Origin: Antedon mediterranea
Taxonomy: Eukaryota; Animalia; Echinodermata
Length of the DNA stretch: 64,000 nt
Assembly: GCF_964355755.1 (NCBI RefSeq)
Contig: NC_092670.1
Span: 29,500,388-29,564,387 of the forward strand
Reading direction: 5' to 3'
Position 1 is the stretch's first letter. Every line of letters starts with the position of its first letter. Both the position numbers and the translations under genes were made by a program. The notes beneath the pieces were generated by a model that saw only the letters and a program-made list of their open reading frames with translations, did no database searches and was not told the DNA's origin. Below, one piece after another: positions 12,801-27,200 of the stretch.

Positions 12801-14184
12801 ATTGCTAAGGTCAAGTCTGGGGGTCACTTCATCACCCTAGATATTTCAAGTGTGTCCTATTACAAACACAAACTTTAATGGACTGTTTTGATAATAATTC
12901 AATGAATATCTGACAATGAATTACAAAAAGTCAAAAGTCAGTATTATAGTCAAATGGGATAAATACCAGAAATGCTTTGGGATTTGTAATTTTAGCATGT
13001 CCGGTCCTAATAGACTCTTTTCCAAGACGTTTTTTGGGTCTAGTAGCTGGAATCTATAAATTATAGTGGAGTTTCCATTTTCGCAAAACTGTCGTCCTTC
13101 GATACTATAACTGCTGCTTGCTTTAGCTTCTGATTGAGTAGTCCTAATGGGACGTAGCGGGCTAGAGCAGCAGCGTGAAAATCTTAAAGAGTCAAAGCTT
13201 AAACAGAGTTTATAAATATATTGTTTTCAATATGCTGTAGCCATTTCAGTAAAATAGTGAATTTATGCTAGGTGCTATGATATGAAGAGAAATAAATGAA
13301 TGAAATCAGATATGGATAAAGTCATTTCAAAATGTCATTCTTTTAATAAGCAAGATGATAGCAATATGATATGAATGGAAAGAGTACAGTAGTAAAGATA
13401 AATGTATTCAAAGTTAGAGTGTAAATAATTGTAGGTGTAATCCGGTTTAAACTTGAATCTTGATATTTTGTTTGACGTCATAGTGACATTTGCAGAAATG
13501 ATTTTAGGGACGAGTGTTAGTGTTAATAAAGAATTGACAGTTCTTGCTAGGATGTATCTTTTGTTATTTTGTGAGGCAGATCACTTCATTATGTTTGTGA
13601 CGTTAGTATTGCTGGTGAACGATAAGCCTAAGATTAATCTAGTAACTGATCGTCTAACCTCCATTCAAATCACTAACCTTATTAATTTCTAATAAACAGT
13701 TTTTAAATTATTAATTAATTTTGTGCATGAATATGGGATTTTGATTATTTAATTATAATACTACAAAGTAGCAAGTTATATTCAACAGGCTTATACGAAT
13801 AATCAGTATTAAACAATAAAAGATAGAGGGTGTTGACCCATATTAACCCAATTTATATGCTTTATCCAATATACCGAAAGTTCACTAATCACTGCTATTA
13901 CGAAAGTACAATACATACATTTTCGACATTAATTATATCCTAATTACTGTCGAAAGAAATGCAATAATCATGTCCTTTTGTATAATTATAAAGAGTGAAC
14001 TGGTAAAGCTAGGCCTATATAAGCTCTGATTCTTAAATTTAACCTACATTTTATGAATCAATTGCGTTTTAATGATAAAGCAATGGTATTTCTAAATAAG
14101 TGAATTTAATTAAAATCAATGATTCATGTATAATGGCTTATCATTGTTTGGGACAACACAACACATGTAAAAATTCAACGTAAA

Positions 14185-14500
14185 ACTAAATCATACATCG
14201 CGAAGTAAAATCGGCTGTCGTCAATTCAAACAATTCATTGTCAAGTGAAATCATTTATTTTCAAGCCATGCATTGTCATGTGAAATCATTCATCGTCAAA
14301 CAAAGCCATTCATCGTAAAGTCAAATCGTTCGTCGTCAATTCAAACGATTTATCGCAAAATCATTTATCGTAAAGTCAAAACGTTCATTGCGAAACCAAA
14401 CCCTTCACAGTTAAGTCAATTTATCCATCACCAGACCAATCATCGTGAAACAAAATCATGAAGCTAGCTGTTTCATGACAAAGTCAAACCCATCACAAAA
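14185..14500. repeat. Degenerate ~21-22-bp tandem repeat (likely MITE subterminal array)
   Basis: Recurring AAATCATTCATCGTCAAG-like units. Confidence 0.55.
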
Positions 14501-15586
14501 GATAAGATCCCGTAAAACCTATGATCACAAAACCTAAGACCTAAGATTACCAATACTTCCCTTTTGCACCTGCCTTATTAGTTGGGGAGCCAGAAATAAT
14601 TTGCCTGCACCCTCTAGTAACAAGGTTTTTTTTTTGCTTGCTTATATCAATACAAATACATTTTTTGCTGTTGGCCGAAAAAAAATTGGGATGATTGGTC
14701 AGTACAGGAGCCAAAAGGTCAATATGGTCAAAGTTAAGACTTTGCGTAACTTGGTAACCACTGGGTGTATTGGAATATATTTTTATATTTTTGTATATTT
14801 ATATTTGTGACAAACTACTCAAAAGACCAATGTTTCTATTCACTCTAATGGTCAAGAAATTGGCCATATGAATATCTCAGCAACCATTGGTCATAAAGTG
14901 ATAAGTGTGGTCTCAAATTACTCGCAAAGTATATATTTATTATAATGTAATAAAAATCATAAAACTGTCAATAAACCCAACATTTTGACCTTTGACAAAT
15001 AACCGGCACAAACATTTTTGCTTGGGGCACACTTTTCATATCTCAGAAATTGTTGGGCGGATATGGTCGTATTTGGTGTCAAAATATTTCTATTTAATCT
15101 AATGGACAACATTTGCCAAAAATGACCGTGAAACCTTATTTTTACCATTGGTCAAGAAAATGGCCATATCAATATCTCAGCCAACACTGAAAGTATAATT
15201 TTAGTCTCAAATTATTCACAAAGAATATATTTATATTAGCTCTAATACACAAAATGTTAAAAAAAACCCTTATTTTAACATTTAACCTATAGCTGGTACA
15301 AACCTTTTTTTGGGTACGATTTAGCTAAGTTAGGAACGACTTGGCGATGAACGACTTGGGGATGAACGACTTGGGAACTTGGGGATGAATGACTTGGAGA
15401 TGAACTGTATTTCAAAATGGGGAATATGTTAAATGTATTATCAAAAACAGCAAATTTTAGATGGAACTTTCTGTACAGGCAGGCTAGCTGTTTAGACAAG
15501 CAAAGTAGGAAACTGTTATGCTCTATGTATTTTTGACTGTGCTGAAACAGTCTGGTATAACTTTATTCCTTCAAAATAAACTCCAG

Positions 15587-16030
15587 TGGCCGTATTCACC
15601 AATCACACTTAAGTGAGATATTTCCCTTAAATCCTAAGAATTTCCCTTAAATCAAGAAAATATTAAGGGTTTCACTTAAGTGGTATTCACAAATGGTTTA
15701 AAGTTAAGGGAAACCCTTAACTTTGTCTATTTTCCCCTTAACTTTTAAGGGACCTATGGGGTCCCTTAAAAGTTCCCTTAACTATTCAGTACCTTGGTTG
15801 TGCTGACGATTCTGTATGTGCGAGTACTATGCCTACTTGCAGATAGCCTCAGTCTGGGCTAGGTAGAGATGCTAGGCCCTCTATTGGTCTGCCCACTAAC
15901 CAGCCTAGGATTCATGTTTGGTTTGAGTAGCATTTAGACCTTTTTTGCTGATCCTCACTATACAAATTAGTCTATGCCTATATATTCATTTAATTGTTTT
16001 TGTTTTGACTGCGATTATTTTCGTGGAAGC
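15587..16030 (+). mobile_element. Truncated copy of a Harbinger-like MITE (left arm)
   Basis: Near-identical to 35465-35910. Starts AAACTCCAG|TGGCCGTATTCACCAATC. Confidence 0.8.
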
Positions 16031-17234
16031 TGAATATTCATAGATTCCTTACATACTTTTCTTATGAGCATTGGCTTAAAATAGACTGTGTCAAAATATA
16101 AAAATCTATTTTGAAAAAATCTAAAAAATCCTCATATCGGGTATTGGTTATGTTTATCTTTCTGTGACCTGTTTAATGAATAGATGGTAATTTATATTAC
16201 GAAGTCTGGAAATGTTCTTACTATACTAGTTTATGTCATTTTAATTTCTTTGATTAAAACATGTAATCAATAATTGTGGAAATTAGTAGTCATAATGTTT
16301 GATCCCCTATATAATGGACGATGACAAGACTTGGGTTACATGAACTTGGTATGAACCTATAAGTAGATAAACAGCTCAATAGGTACATATTAAAAATCAC
16401 TGTTTGGTTGCAAAATTTGCACAAAGGGATTCATAGAGCACAGTGGGAAAAGGATCCCATTATAGCTACATATTTTAGGTAAATTATGAACTTAACGTTC
16501 TATCCAAATCACCGAGCAATTCTATACAAAAACATGTGACACAAATATAACCCTTGCCATGAAGCTAATATGCTCTCCTTTCAAGGAAGATCAGATGTGC
16601 AGACTGTACTTTCTATGCTAATGCTTTGCAATCAAGACACAAAAGGAAATCATAATGAATCGGACATATACTAATGAAAAATAATAACCCACTTGACTCT
16701 GTTATTAAGATTCAGCGTTAGAAAACATAAGCAAAACTTTCATTCTATTATTTTAAGTGACGAAGACAAGATTAACTCGAAATACAAAACCGAATTCGAG
16801 CATTTTAAACACGTGTAGAAGGTGTGCCACGTGACTAAGAATTATACATGCCACATTACAATAGCGTATCTATATCTTACTCACATAAATGTCGATATAG
16901 GTACATTACTACATCACATCCATCTAATCATACAATTTGCTACAATTTACAGCTTTCAGTTTCAGTACATTGTGTAGGCCTACGGGATTTTTTTGTAAAC
17001 AAAAAAAAAATGTTTGGAAGACCGTGATAGCTCTAATATATAATATAGGCTACTAGGATTATTAAAAAAAAAAATCGAACTCTTTATTGCAATGCAGTAC
17101 ATTAATTTTATCTAAAGGTAATGCCCATTAAACAGTAGGCCTACAAACTATTAAGCCAAGTACAGTATGTATCAATTCGGTCATTTTTTTTCATTTGGCC
17201 CAGTTGTTTTAGCAAGACCACATAATTGTTGTTA

Positions 17235-18688
17235 CTAGAGGGTGAGCTCGCTTCGCTCGCTCCCCCTCTAGGAAGTGTAGACGATGGTTCTCGGAATGAC
17301 AATGTTCTCCTTGTACGTTTTCTGTCGGTTACCATTATTGAAAATGCTTGACATTTGTAAAACTAAACTACTCTGTTTCACAGTGTCTTAGATGATTAAT
17401 AACATTTTAAAGTATAGTGTTTATTGTTTGGTAGGGCCCTTATAGGGCGGAGGTGGGGAGGCGCAGTTCGAGGGAGGTGCTTATTCGAGGGATATATGTA
17501 AATTTGTTGAGTTTTAACAATATGGTAACATTTATAATCTAATGAAATCCTCTAATAGAAATGAAAAGTGGTAAAACAGAATAAGAAATGCTTGGTAAAT
17601 TGTAGATAACAGTGCGATGAATTCTACTACAAATAGAATAATTGTGTTATTATAAATGTGGATGGACGTTTATTAGATAGTTGGGTTGGGGGGGGGGGGA
17701 TTATTATTCAAAGTGATGTTTTATTGGAGAGGCCTTTATTTATTCAAATAAATACCATCCTAATAATTATTAATACATTATTTAATTTAAACATCTTTTG
17801 AAACTAACTGCCGTGACAGAGTGGGCCCAAGAAAGAAGACATTACGGCTTGCAACATGGGTAGACATCTAGATCCTAACGGGACACAAATAGCCTACAGT
17901 TAGTCCTGCCAGCTTACTCAATAAAACTCAGCTATCGGGATTTCAATCGATTAAAAAAAATGTCTTATCATCAAATCTCCCTTTGTAATTTTATAATTAC
18001 TATTCCCCACAATATATTCCGATTCTTTATGGCGTATATTTAATTTGATCTTTATTAATTTGCAGTATAATTTTTATTTTTTAACTTACTGTACCTTCAC
18101 ACGCGCGGTCCGTTCCTAAAATAAACAAAAAACTGAAATGGCTATGACTAATGGCCAACTTCATGGACCATTTGTAAGAACATTATTTTTAATGAAAATG
18201 TCATCCATATAAAATAAGTTTATAAATAAATAAATAAAAACTTAAGCTCCAGTCCTACTATCTGTTTTTTTCTTCCGTCTTCCAAAGGGACACTGTATTG
18301 ATTGATGGAAAGTGCCTGTTTCCAGTCACCTTTAGGGTCAAATCTATTATTTTAACTGCTCCCTAGTGTATAAAAGAGAGAAAATAGTTGAAACCAGGTT
18401 GTTGCAAGGTGAATTCATCGTAAACCCGGAAATTACTTTGACCGCGAAGAATTGAAATTGAGTTGAAAATCTACTGTTGAAATCATAAATTTTGTTAAAA
18501 ACCTCGTTATAATATCTTCCTAAGATAGAAATGTGGAACAATAGCGTCGAACTGAAAACTAATGTTATCAAATCTACGTTTCGCGGTACATCTTAGATAG
18601 ATAAGGTAGGTATCCAAGGCGGAGATTTGTACCGAAGTTTTTCCATTGTGCTCGTCTATGTTAGAATTAACCATAATTTATATATAGA
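17235..18688 (-). mobile_element. Non-autonomous Helitron, copy 1
   Basis: Minus strand reads A|TCTATATATA ... hairpin GGGGAGCGAGCGAAGCGAGCTC..CTAG|T. Reverse-complement match to 31258-32623, with an extra ~90-bp insertion at ~18155-18243. Confidence 0.88.
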
Positions 18689-18947
18689 TGCCATAAAAAT
18701 AAATCAATAATAAAACAGAATAACCTTACCAGATTTTCAATCAATGCTGTGGTTGACCGCCATTTTTAGACAAATTTATTACTGTAATATTTTTGGTTCG
18801 GCAAAAATATGGTTATTTAGTTGGAATTCAGTGTTTTACATTAAAGTATGTTTACAATGTTAAATTGAAAAGTACGACCAGAGAACAACTTTGGTATTTA
18901 CTCCATTCAATAGTTCTTGCCAGAAGTAATTATTCAAAAATCCTTAC

Positions 18948-19112
18948 CGAAATTAATTGACGAAGAATATGTAGAAGGACCCTATCTCTGACAACTTCTT
19001 GAACTTGACTATCAATATCTGCCATTGTATCAGCATTACCAACTGTTGTTTGTAAAGCTAGGATCACTAAAGTCATAAATAAACCAGTCTGTAACATTCT
19101 GCAATTGCACAT
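18948..19112 (-). CDS. Coding exon 1 of a putative neuropeptide/peptide-hormone precursor (signal peptide + acidic pro-region): MCNCRMLQTGLFMTLVILALQTTVGNADTMADIDSQVQEVVRDRVLLHILRQLIS
   Basis: Hydrophobic core LFMTLVILAL followed by a small-residue cleavage region (VGNA). Strong acceptor ttttcttttAG 18 nt upstream of the ATG (exon starts at 19130). Phase-0 donor TCG|GTAAGG at 18948/18947. Confidence 0.75.
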
Positions 19113-19157
19113 TTTCTATATTCCCAAGGCCTAAAAGAAAACAGACAACAAACACAG

Positions 19158-20029
19158 GTGTCTAGAAATATCTAGAAAAGTCAGATCTCAGATATATCTG
19201 ACTTTTCTAGATCAAGAAAACTCAGATATCTGACTTTTCTAGATCTAGAAAAATCAGATATCAAGATCTGAGTTTTCTAGTTCCAAAATGGAACTAGAAA
19301 ACCCAGATCATCAAATGGATCGTTCCATTATTAATAGAGGGTAGCTTGTTTGAAATACTATAGTATTATACGTTTTCTTACTAATATTAATAATTATTGT
19401 AACTTGTAGTAGCAGCCTACGACTTAAATCATAAAGAAATACAGTATACACCTTTTAAAATGTAGGCTTAGCATTTAGGCCTAGCCTATCTAAGCAAACT
19501 CAATTAAGGCTCAACGTGTGGGCGCTATCGCTAGAAGTGGTCAACTCGTACCAAAAATAACTCGTACCTATTCCCAACTTGGCTAACTCGTACCTCAACC
19601 AACTCGTACCCACACCAACTCGTACATACCTATTATATACATATTATATCTTATTGTGGTTACCATTATAACAAATGTACGATTGATTGAATAAAGTTCA
19701 CAAAGTTCACCTAATTTTTAAGCCTACATTTTAACGGTAACGTGCACTGTATTTTCTTTATGATTTAAGCTTTAGGCCGGCTGTAGGTCTTTCTCTTTTC
19801 TTTGCTTCTACATGTTACAATATTAGTACACAGTAATCAATTTTAATAATACTCTAGTATTTCAAATGACCTACCTTTTTTAAATTCCTGACCATAGAAA
19901 TCTCAGATATTAATTTCTGAGTTTTCTAGATCTGGAAAAGTCAGATATCTGAGTTTTCTAGACCCAGAAAAGTCAGATATCTGAGAAAACTCAGATATAT
20001 CTGAGATCTATCTGAGTTTTCTACCCTTG
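19158..20029. mobile_element. hAT-like non-autonomous element with palindromic TCTAGAAAA(C/G)TCAGATATC subterminal repeats
   Basis: 8-bp flanking duplication AAACACAG (19150-19157 and 20030-20037). The right end is CCCTTG and the left TIR is degenerate. Contains a nested (CAACTCGTACC)n fragment at ~19540-19625. Confidence 0.7.
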
Positions 20030-21128
20030 AAACACAGTTAAGTTAAACACAAAAAGAGAATCTCTAAACCACGGCAACAACTTTAGACTCGTCACAGAAA
20101 AGTTCCCTTTGTCAAGCGAACCTCCTTGTGTTGACAATCTATTCATAGATAAATCCAAAACATTGTAGTTTTTGTAAATGGTCCAATGAGTAAACAATAC
20201 GAAGCAAATTTTAAAAATGTAATATTATTTTTAAATACTATTACATTTAAAAATCATTTTAAAATCAGATGTGCATTTTCTTAGCCCATGAACGCCACTA
20301 GACCCGAAGCTTATAATTGAAGTAGAATTAAGATAAATGTCACTAATGTACACTATTAATGTTTATTGATTTATAATTAATAATTTACACAGTGTAAAAG
20401 TGTATTATATTTTTATGAACACTAATACACTAATAGTGTTATTAATTTAATTAAACAAACTATCACCACAAAATACTAGAAATCTATTACGTCATCGTGT
20501 CATGAAAGGCAAATTGAAATACACTTTATGTGACTGCAATAAAAATGTAGGCTAATAAAATCCAACTAGAAATATCGTTTACGCGGTAATTTTATAGCAA
20601 TTCCTTTTGTTCGATTATGTCCCATTAAGTTTAACAATCGAATATATATATTTCTGTTAACATGTTTTTCAGCATTAATGATAACGTTTTGGTTGTTTGT
20701 GTTTGAACTATGATGCTAAGTTCAATTTTAGTAGTTGAGGAAACAGGTGAACATTTCCGGGTAAAGATACTTCTATTGTTTGTTTATTAGGGTACATTAT
20801 TCCTTCTAGAAAAAAGCAAGGTTAACGACAACATTATACACTTGAGTCTGAAAGTGAGTGAGCAGCTTAAAATTTCCAAATGTAATAAGTTTATGAATTA
20901 GCTGTATTCACAGTATTCTGAAAAACCTTAAGTCAGATTCGAGATGAAATTGATTATAATTACAACAGAAAATATTGTAAAGGCACATTATCATTAACAA
21001 TTTTTAAAAAAAGTGGGGGAGAAAAAAAAGCATTGAAGGTGTAAAACATTTCCGTGTGTGACATTTTCAAGGTAAATAATGTTTAAGTTGTTTCTTAGAA
21101 AGTAATATTTGTAACATACTGCCACTAC

Positions 21129-21253
21129 TTTTTTAGTCGCGTGCGCGTGCAAACGCGACTCTAAAGATCACTATGTCGGTCGGTCGGTCGGTTGGTCGGT
21201 TAACACTAACTCAAATTTGAGCACGCGACTGGCGCCATGTATATGGCCTTGTT
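21129..21253 (-). mobile_element. Short HINE/DINE-1-like (Helentron-associated) element; best of 8 copies (others ~4046-4178 -, 22573-22656 +, 24593-24696 +, 28273-28365 +, 30799-30893 +, 38839-38947 +, 58293-58388 +)
   Basis: Consensus AACAAGGCCATATACATGGC..CAGTCGCGTGCTCAA..(CCGA)n..AGTCGCGT..ACGCGACTAAAAA: subterminal inverted repeat, tetranucleotide microsatellite and 3' stem-loop. Confidence 0.75.
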
Positions 21254-23169
21254 TTCTTTCTAAACACTCAATGTGATTTCAAATTACAACATTAAATCTC
21301 ATAAAGGAACATCAAGTCAATGTGAAAACATACCTAAATACAGTTTTGTTGCTGTAAATATGAGCAAATTAAACATAGTTTTAACACTTTCATTTACTTA
21401 GATTCAATTTGACAGAAATTGAAATATTGTTTGTTTCTTTATTTCCATTCACAATAAAACATAAACATACATAAATATTCATTACAAACACGAAATAATG
21501 GAAAGGGGGAATCTCTGAAGCACAGCTTGTAAGTAGAAACCCCCTGTTACAAAATAGTATATATAAATAGAAATATTAAAAAAGACACAAGGGCATAGGC
21601 AAACAAAATGTAACTTTTAAGAAAAAATGCAAACAATTCTTTTTTTGTCATTGTAACCGAGAGTACAGTATTTATAATTTACGGTAGCTCTAGCGGATTA
21701 TGTAGGGTGGGTGCTTTATTTGATTCCGTAATCTTCAACCATCATAATTATGATGTTTATTATTCACCTATTCGTATCTGATGATATGAGTTTTGCTAAG
21801 ATTGTGAACGAATTTTGAGGAAGCACGTCATCAATTATCTTGTATTTCCTAAGGGTTCTCAATATAATAATTATTTTGGTCTGTAACAATAGACGCATTG
21901 TAATCTGACAAGTCCGAAGTGTGTGATGTCAGTCCTCTAGGAAATGATTATCCATTTCGGCATATTAAAATCAAACAAATTGAGATATCACTGTTTTAAT
22001 AACATATACTTCCGAGATGTAGCTACTTATTATATTTTTTAACCTAACGATACAATTATAAGTATTGGAATGTATATATGACAATTACGAAGAGTTATGT
22101 TCGTTAACGTTGATATGGACCAATACTATAACTGCACTTGAGACCAACAACTTTACGTCTATTCAAAAAGACAAACAGTGATCCAATCTGCGATTAACGT
22201 CATTAAAATGCGAATTGCGCATTCCACACCCAATCCTATCATTAATAAACTAAATGTATAAATTACTTTCATAATCATTTTGCACGACTATCCTATGCAA
22301 TGTATTATTATAGAATGATTATTGTAATTCAACTTTAGATATCTCATTTTCATCATTAATACTACCGGTAATACTATGGTACCAAGAGAATACTGTACCG
22401 TTATTATTTTTTATCCACTTTAAATTATATAGGAAATTGAAATTCTAAAGTGATAATTATCAAGGATAGTTGACATTGTTGCTGTAGAAGGTGTCAACTT
22501 AATATTATTATAGGTTTCAAAGAAATCAATCATGTAATTCTATTTTGTGTAGCTAATGTTTAGCTGTTCAAAATAAGGCCATATACATGGCTGCAGTCGC
22601 GTGCTCAAATTTGACCGATCGACCGACCGACCAACATAGTGAGCTGTAGAGTCGCTATAAATAATCGATAAAAATTGATCTGATCTGATTGCCCTCGTAG
22701 TTAGGTGGTTAAATTTTAAGTACAGTACGGTATATCTTTTGAATGCAGTGTATTTCACGTCCCGGCTTTCTCATTAATCACACGTAAATGGCTATAGACA
22801 CGTTCGACTAAGTATTATAATAACATTAGTATGACATAATAATGAGTTAATCGGCATTTATGAGTATTAATAGTAGACGAGATACTGCACTATCATGTCA
22901 GTTTCTAGCAGCACCAAGTGGTAACCTCATTGATGTATTTTTTTTGTCTAATAAGAAAGGCCCGGTCTCAGTTTCTATTCTATTTATTAAAACAGAGATA
23001 AAATAGAAATATAAAATACAGTAATATAATTATAAGGAAAGACAATATGTTTTTGATGGAGCACAGTGAAGTTACATTTTTACTACAGCAATTATAGGCG
23101 TGTTAATTGCAATTAAATGAATAATAACTAATAATTGTCTGGCCTTTATATGCATGTCACAATGTAGAT

Positions 23170-24250
23170 CCAGCGGGGCTAAATTCCACGAGGGGTGGGG
23201 GCTGGGGGATATGCGAGCAACGCGAGCATCACTAGGCTAAGGGCCAAGGGTCCCAGTGGGGGTCCAGAGGGCCTTTCCCCTGGAAGCAACTCGTTCTAGC
23301 GCAATTTGAGGCTGTTTTAATAAGGTAGGGTAATTATGGTACATAAAATTAAAAACTGTGTGAAAAACGAGGTCCGATGCGATGACTGTTTAAATCCATT
23401 CTTTCAATTTTAAAAATGAAGTGACCTTTAAAGTTCAATATGCCTATCATAGAAAATATCCGCGAACGTAAAACGTACCCACGGGCCAAGAGGTATATCG
23501 TTAATCGCAGAGACGTATAGTTGCTGTCTGGGGGTGCTAAAATTGTAAATGCGCGAGACTAACACACATGGGCTGATCTGTAAGAAAATGTTGAAAAATA
23601 GAGCTGCTAGGTCCCCGGAAATTGCAATTATACATACCAAATTACAAGTCTACAGAGAACCAGCCCACCAAGGTTGGGAATGAGCTAAGAATATTTAGAA
23701 AAATAGAGTTGCTAGGTCTCCGCGGTTGGAGTATAGTGCTTCGAAATATGAAAAAAATATATATGTCTCCAAAACCAGCCCTACCAGTAGGGCTGAGCTG
23801 CTAAGAAAATTGGAAAAAATATAACTGTAGGTCCCTTGAAATTGTACTTATAGGCCTATAGGCCCTATTGATAAATTAAAGGAAATTATAAGTCTACAGG
23901 ACCAGCTCGCCATGGATGGTTGAGTTGAGCTAAGAAAATTATGAAAAATTGAGCTCCTAGGTCCCTGCAAAATGCAGTTTACATGAAACGAAATTATAGG
24001 TCTTCAGGACCAGCCCACCATGGTCCCCAGACAATGCACTGACTGTAATATACTTCGAAATGTTTAAGTATCCATGACCAGTTCTATAGTTGGGACTGAG
24101 CAAATTTGAAAAGTAGGGCTGCAGGTCTACAAAAATCACACTTATACTTTAAAAAAAATCAGACCTAACGGCCTAAAAAGGTGGCCCTTTTTGCCTTTTA
24201 TTTGGAGGGGAATGCGTCCGCAAGCGTAGACCATTTCGCCACCACACTGT
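23170..24250. mobile_element. Degenerate MITE with internal ~120-bp tandem repeats
   Basis: GC-rich ends and recurring CTAAGAAAAT...GCTAGGTCCC...AAGTCTACAG units. Confidence 0.5.
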
Positions 24251-27200
24251 GTAGACCTAAGTATAGTGCGTGTTTGTATATGCATAACCATGAGCGTATC
24301 GAATTGAGAGTTGCTACTATGGCCACATTAATTGGTCCCCCTACAGGGATTGTGACGAAGCTCCTGATACGGTAACATTGGAGTTTGACTTTTATTTTGT
24401 GTTCTTTTTCACTTTCGCTGAAAACATGAACAATTTTGCATATATAACAATTATTTTTTCCAACCACGGATTTACGTGAAATAGGACAAGGCCTACGATA
24501 GTAGTATCTATAGAGTTTATAACGCTAGCACTGTGTGGATTAACAAACGTTATTCATGTGTTTGACACAGCCAATGAACAGACACGATTACGAACAAGGC
24601 CATATACATGGCGTGCTCAAATTAGAGTTAGTGTTTACCGACCAACCGACCGACCGACATAGTAAGCTCTAGATTCGCATTTGCACGCGTCTAAAAATAT
24701 ATATTATAACTATAAAACATTATAAGAAATCTAACCCTATCGTTGAACATTAGATCTCTTACGATTATACGATCCCTTATCACTGGATTCTAGCCATTGC
24801 TCCATTTACAATGTGAATGAATTATATATGATTTTAAGATAAAAGCAAAATCATTAAATACAATTTATTTACTTTTATTGTTGTTCTACTCTAAAAAATG
24901 AATGTTTATATACAGTAGGCCAATTTTGTTTTTAAAGTTTAAATTAAGTTACAATGTATGTATTTAAAAATGGTGTAATCAAGTGACTTGCTCAACAGAT
25001 AGACATGGAGCTATTTCAGAAATAAACAATATACCTATCTATGCACTACAGTAATGAATTTCATTCATGTCTATGACCAGACTAACTACCAATTAATAAT
25101 CATGTTAAGATAAATTGCGATTTTGCCGCTGTATGAGATTAAATATTGTGTAAAGTGTTTTGACCCTATTTCAACATTGAAACTTAATTAATTATCATGA
25201 ACATGGATATGATTTAATATTGGTATAAACGGAAGTAATTTCACTCAATAATGGAAGGTCGACAGTAAGCCTAGATATATAATCTGCAATAGCATGATTA
25301 AAATAGTTATGAGATTAAAATTAAATGATTAAGATGTTGTTGAAGTTTCGAAATCGATACTTACAATTTTGTTATATTATATCAATGGTAATGGACGAAG
25401 AACAATATTGAAATGCGAAGTTCAAAGAACTTGAAATTAATTAAACCGATCAATAATAATCTTATGTACCTGAAGTACACTGGTGTTGATGGATTATATT
25501 TAAATAATACGTTTAACACCTACTAATAAGCAACTTGTTTATTGAAAATATAACACGATAATAATCCAACTAACTATTACTTAAAAAAATAAGAAAACCA
25601 AAATAATTTGTATACAAAATAATCAAATTCCCTGCAAATAATAGTTACAGTTAATGCATATTTATAACCCAAAAGAGAAAAGCGATCCAGTAACTTATTA
25701 CAACTTATTGATCAGTAGATATTTTTCAAATCAATGGCAGTCGGCGAAAAAATAAACCATTATGCCATTTTTTAGCATCTAACTTGTAGGTAGTGATTGG
25801 AAAATGTTTGTCTTTTTGTAATAATTCTACAGTCCTACGTTTAATCAAAAGCTCATTTCTCAAGCTTTATTTCTCATTTGCAATTTCGATGTGTTTTGTA
25901 TTTTAAATCATACATGTACGATAAAATTTATAGCGTTCAACCACGCAGTTAAGAAAACCAATTAGTATTGAGAACTATTTAATAGAAACTGTAAGCAAAT
26001 AGTTTTTTTTGCAAAGAATATAAAGTTACTACACCGTACCACACTTCATCGTTGTACTATATTACTGATATGTAACACTTTTGGATTTCATAAAAGAAAA
26101 CAATTTAATTTTGTATTGTCCCCAAAAAACATAAAAATTAAGATGAATAAAATCGGACTTTGAGCAGGCCATTTTGTAGTTTTAATCAATTTCATAGAAA
26201 CAACATTATTTTTGTAACTTATAAAAAGACAAAATAAACGGTTAAAAAATGTATTGGCTGGCAGCCAATTTGATAATTGTTTGCTTTAAATTACAGTTTT
26301 TCAGGTAAATATTTGTATTAATAATAATAATTCACAGGCGTGATCTCTGAGAAGGTTTTAATTTGGAAAAAAAAAAAGAAGAAACAAAATAAGATGTCAC
26401 GAACGTCTTCAATATAAACTAGCCTTTCATTAAGGCAACACAGATTTTAATCTTTACTAGTAATTGTGGTCCAGATGAGATTCCTCATTCTGCTGTATCT
26501 ATAGGCCTACTGTTTGTATTAATCAAATACTGTTGGTGGAAAAAATAAGAACAATTAAAATACAGTAGAACAGAAACATTTTTGTCTCCTTAATAGGATT
26601 GAATAAAAAATTTATCACACTGAAACGTGCCCCTTTCTCTTAATAGGAGTGTCCCCAAACATTGCATTAGAAAAATAGATATCAGTCATTTTAGTAAGAA
26701 AGATTCATAAGATATCAATTGTCGAATGTTTTTTTAATGCAAAGTAATTGAAAATATAAGTTATTATTGAACAAAAGTTTAAAAAAAAGTGACTTTAGGT
26801 AAATAAAAGATATGTTTTGGTATTGAAAATCATAAAAATAACTCCATGCAATTAATAACTTTATAGTGATTGCAAAAACTCTATATTTAAAAATTGCAAA
26901 GTTAACGAAAAAAATCTCACATAAATAACTTGAAATCGGTATTTGAGAGTTATAAGAAAATTGAACAGCACATTTAAAAAAAAATAGTTAGACTTGTATT
27001 TTGCATCTTTCTTTTTTGTTTAAATGACATCTGTTTTTGTATAATAATAGCAATATGTTTTGTACCTTTTAAAGGTTACTTTATTGTTATTTTGTATAAA
27101 TTTGTAATATGAAATACAGGAAATAAATAAAATAATAAAAAAAAAAAGATTTATATCATATATTATTTTGTAATTTTTTTACTCTAACATACCTTAAAAT

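Noticed and set aside
10600-13053. Alternative minus-strand acceptors (~13053, ~12157, ~11597, ~10702) as the precursor's second coding exon
   Set aside because: Phase-0 translations are short and lack a convincing cleavage-site-plus-peptide layout. They may be cryptic or non-coding exons but cannot be supported.
18347-18571. Duplicated 74-aa ORF (also 31375-31599) suggesting a gene pair
   Set aside because: Both lie inside the two Helitron copies, start at non-ATG codons, and show no protein motif.
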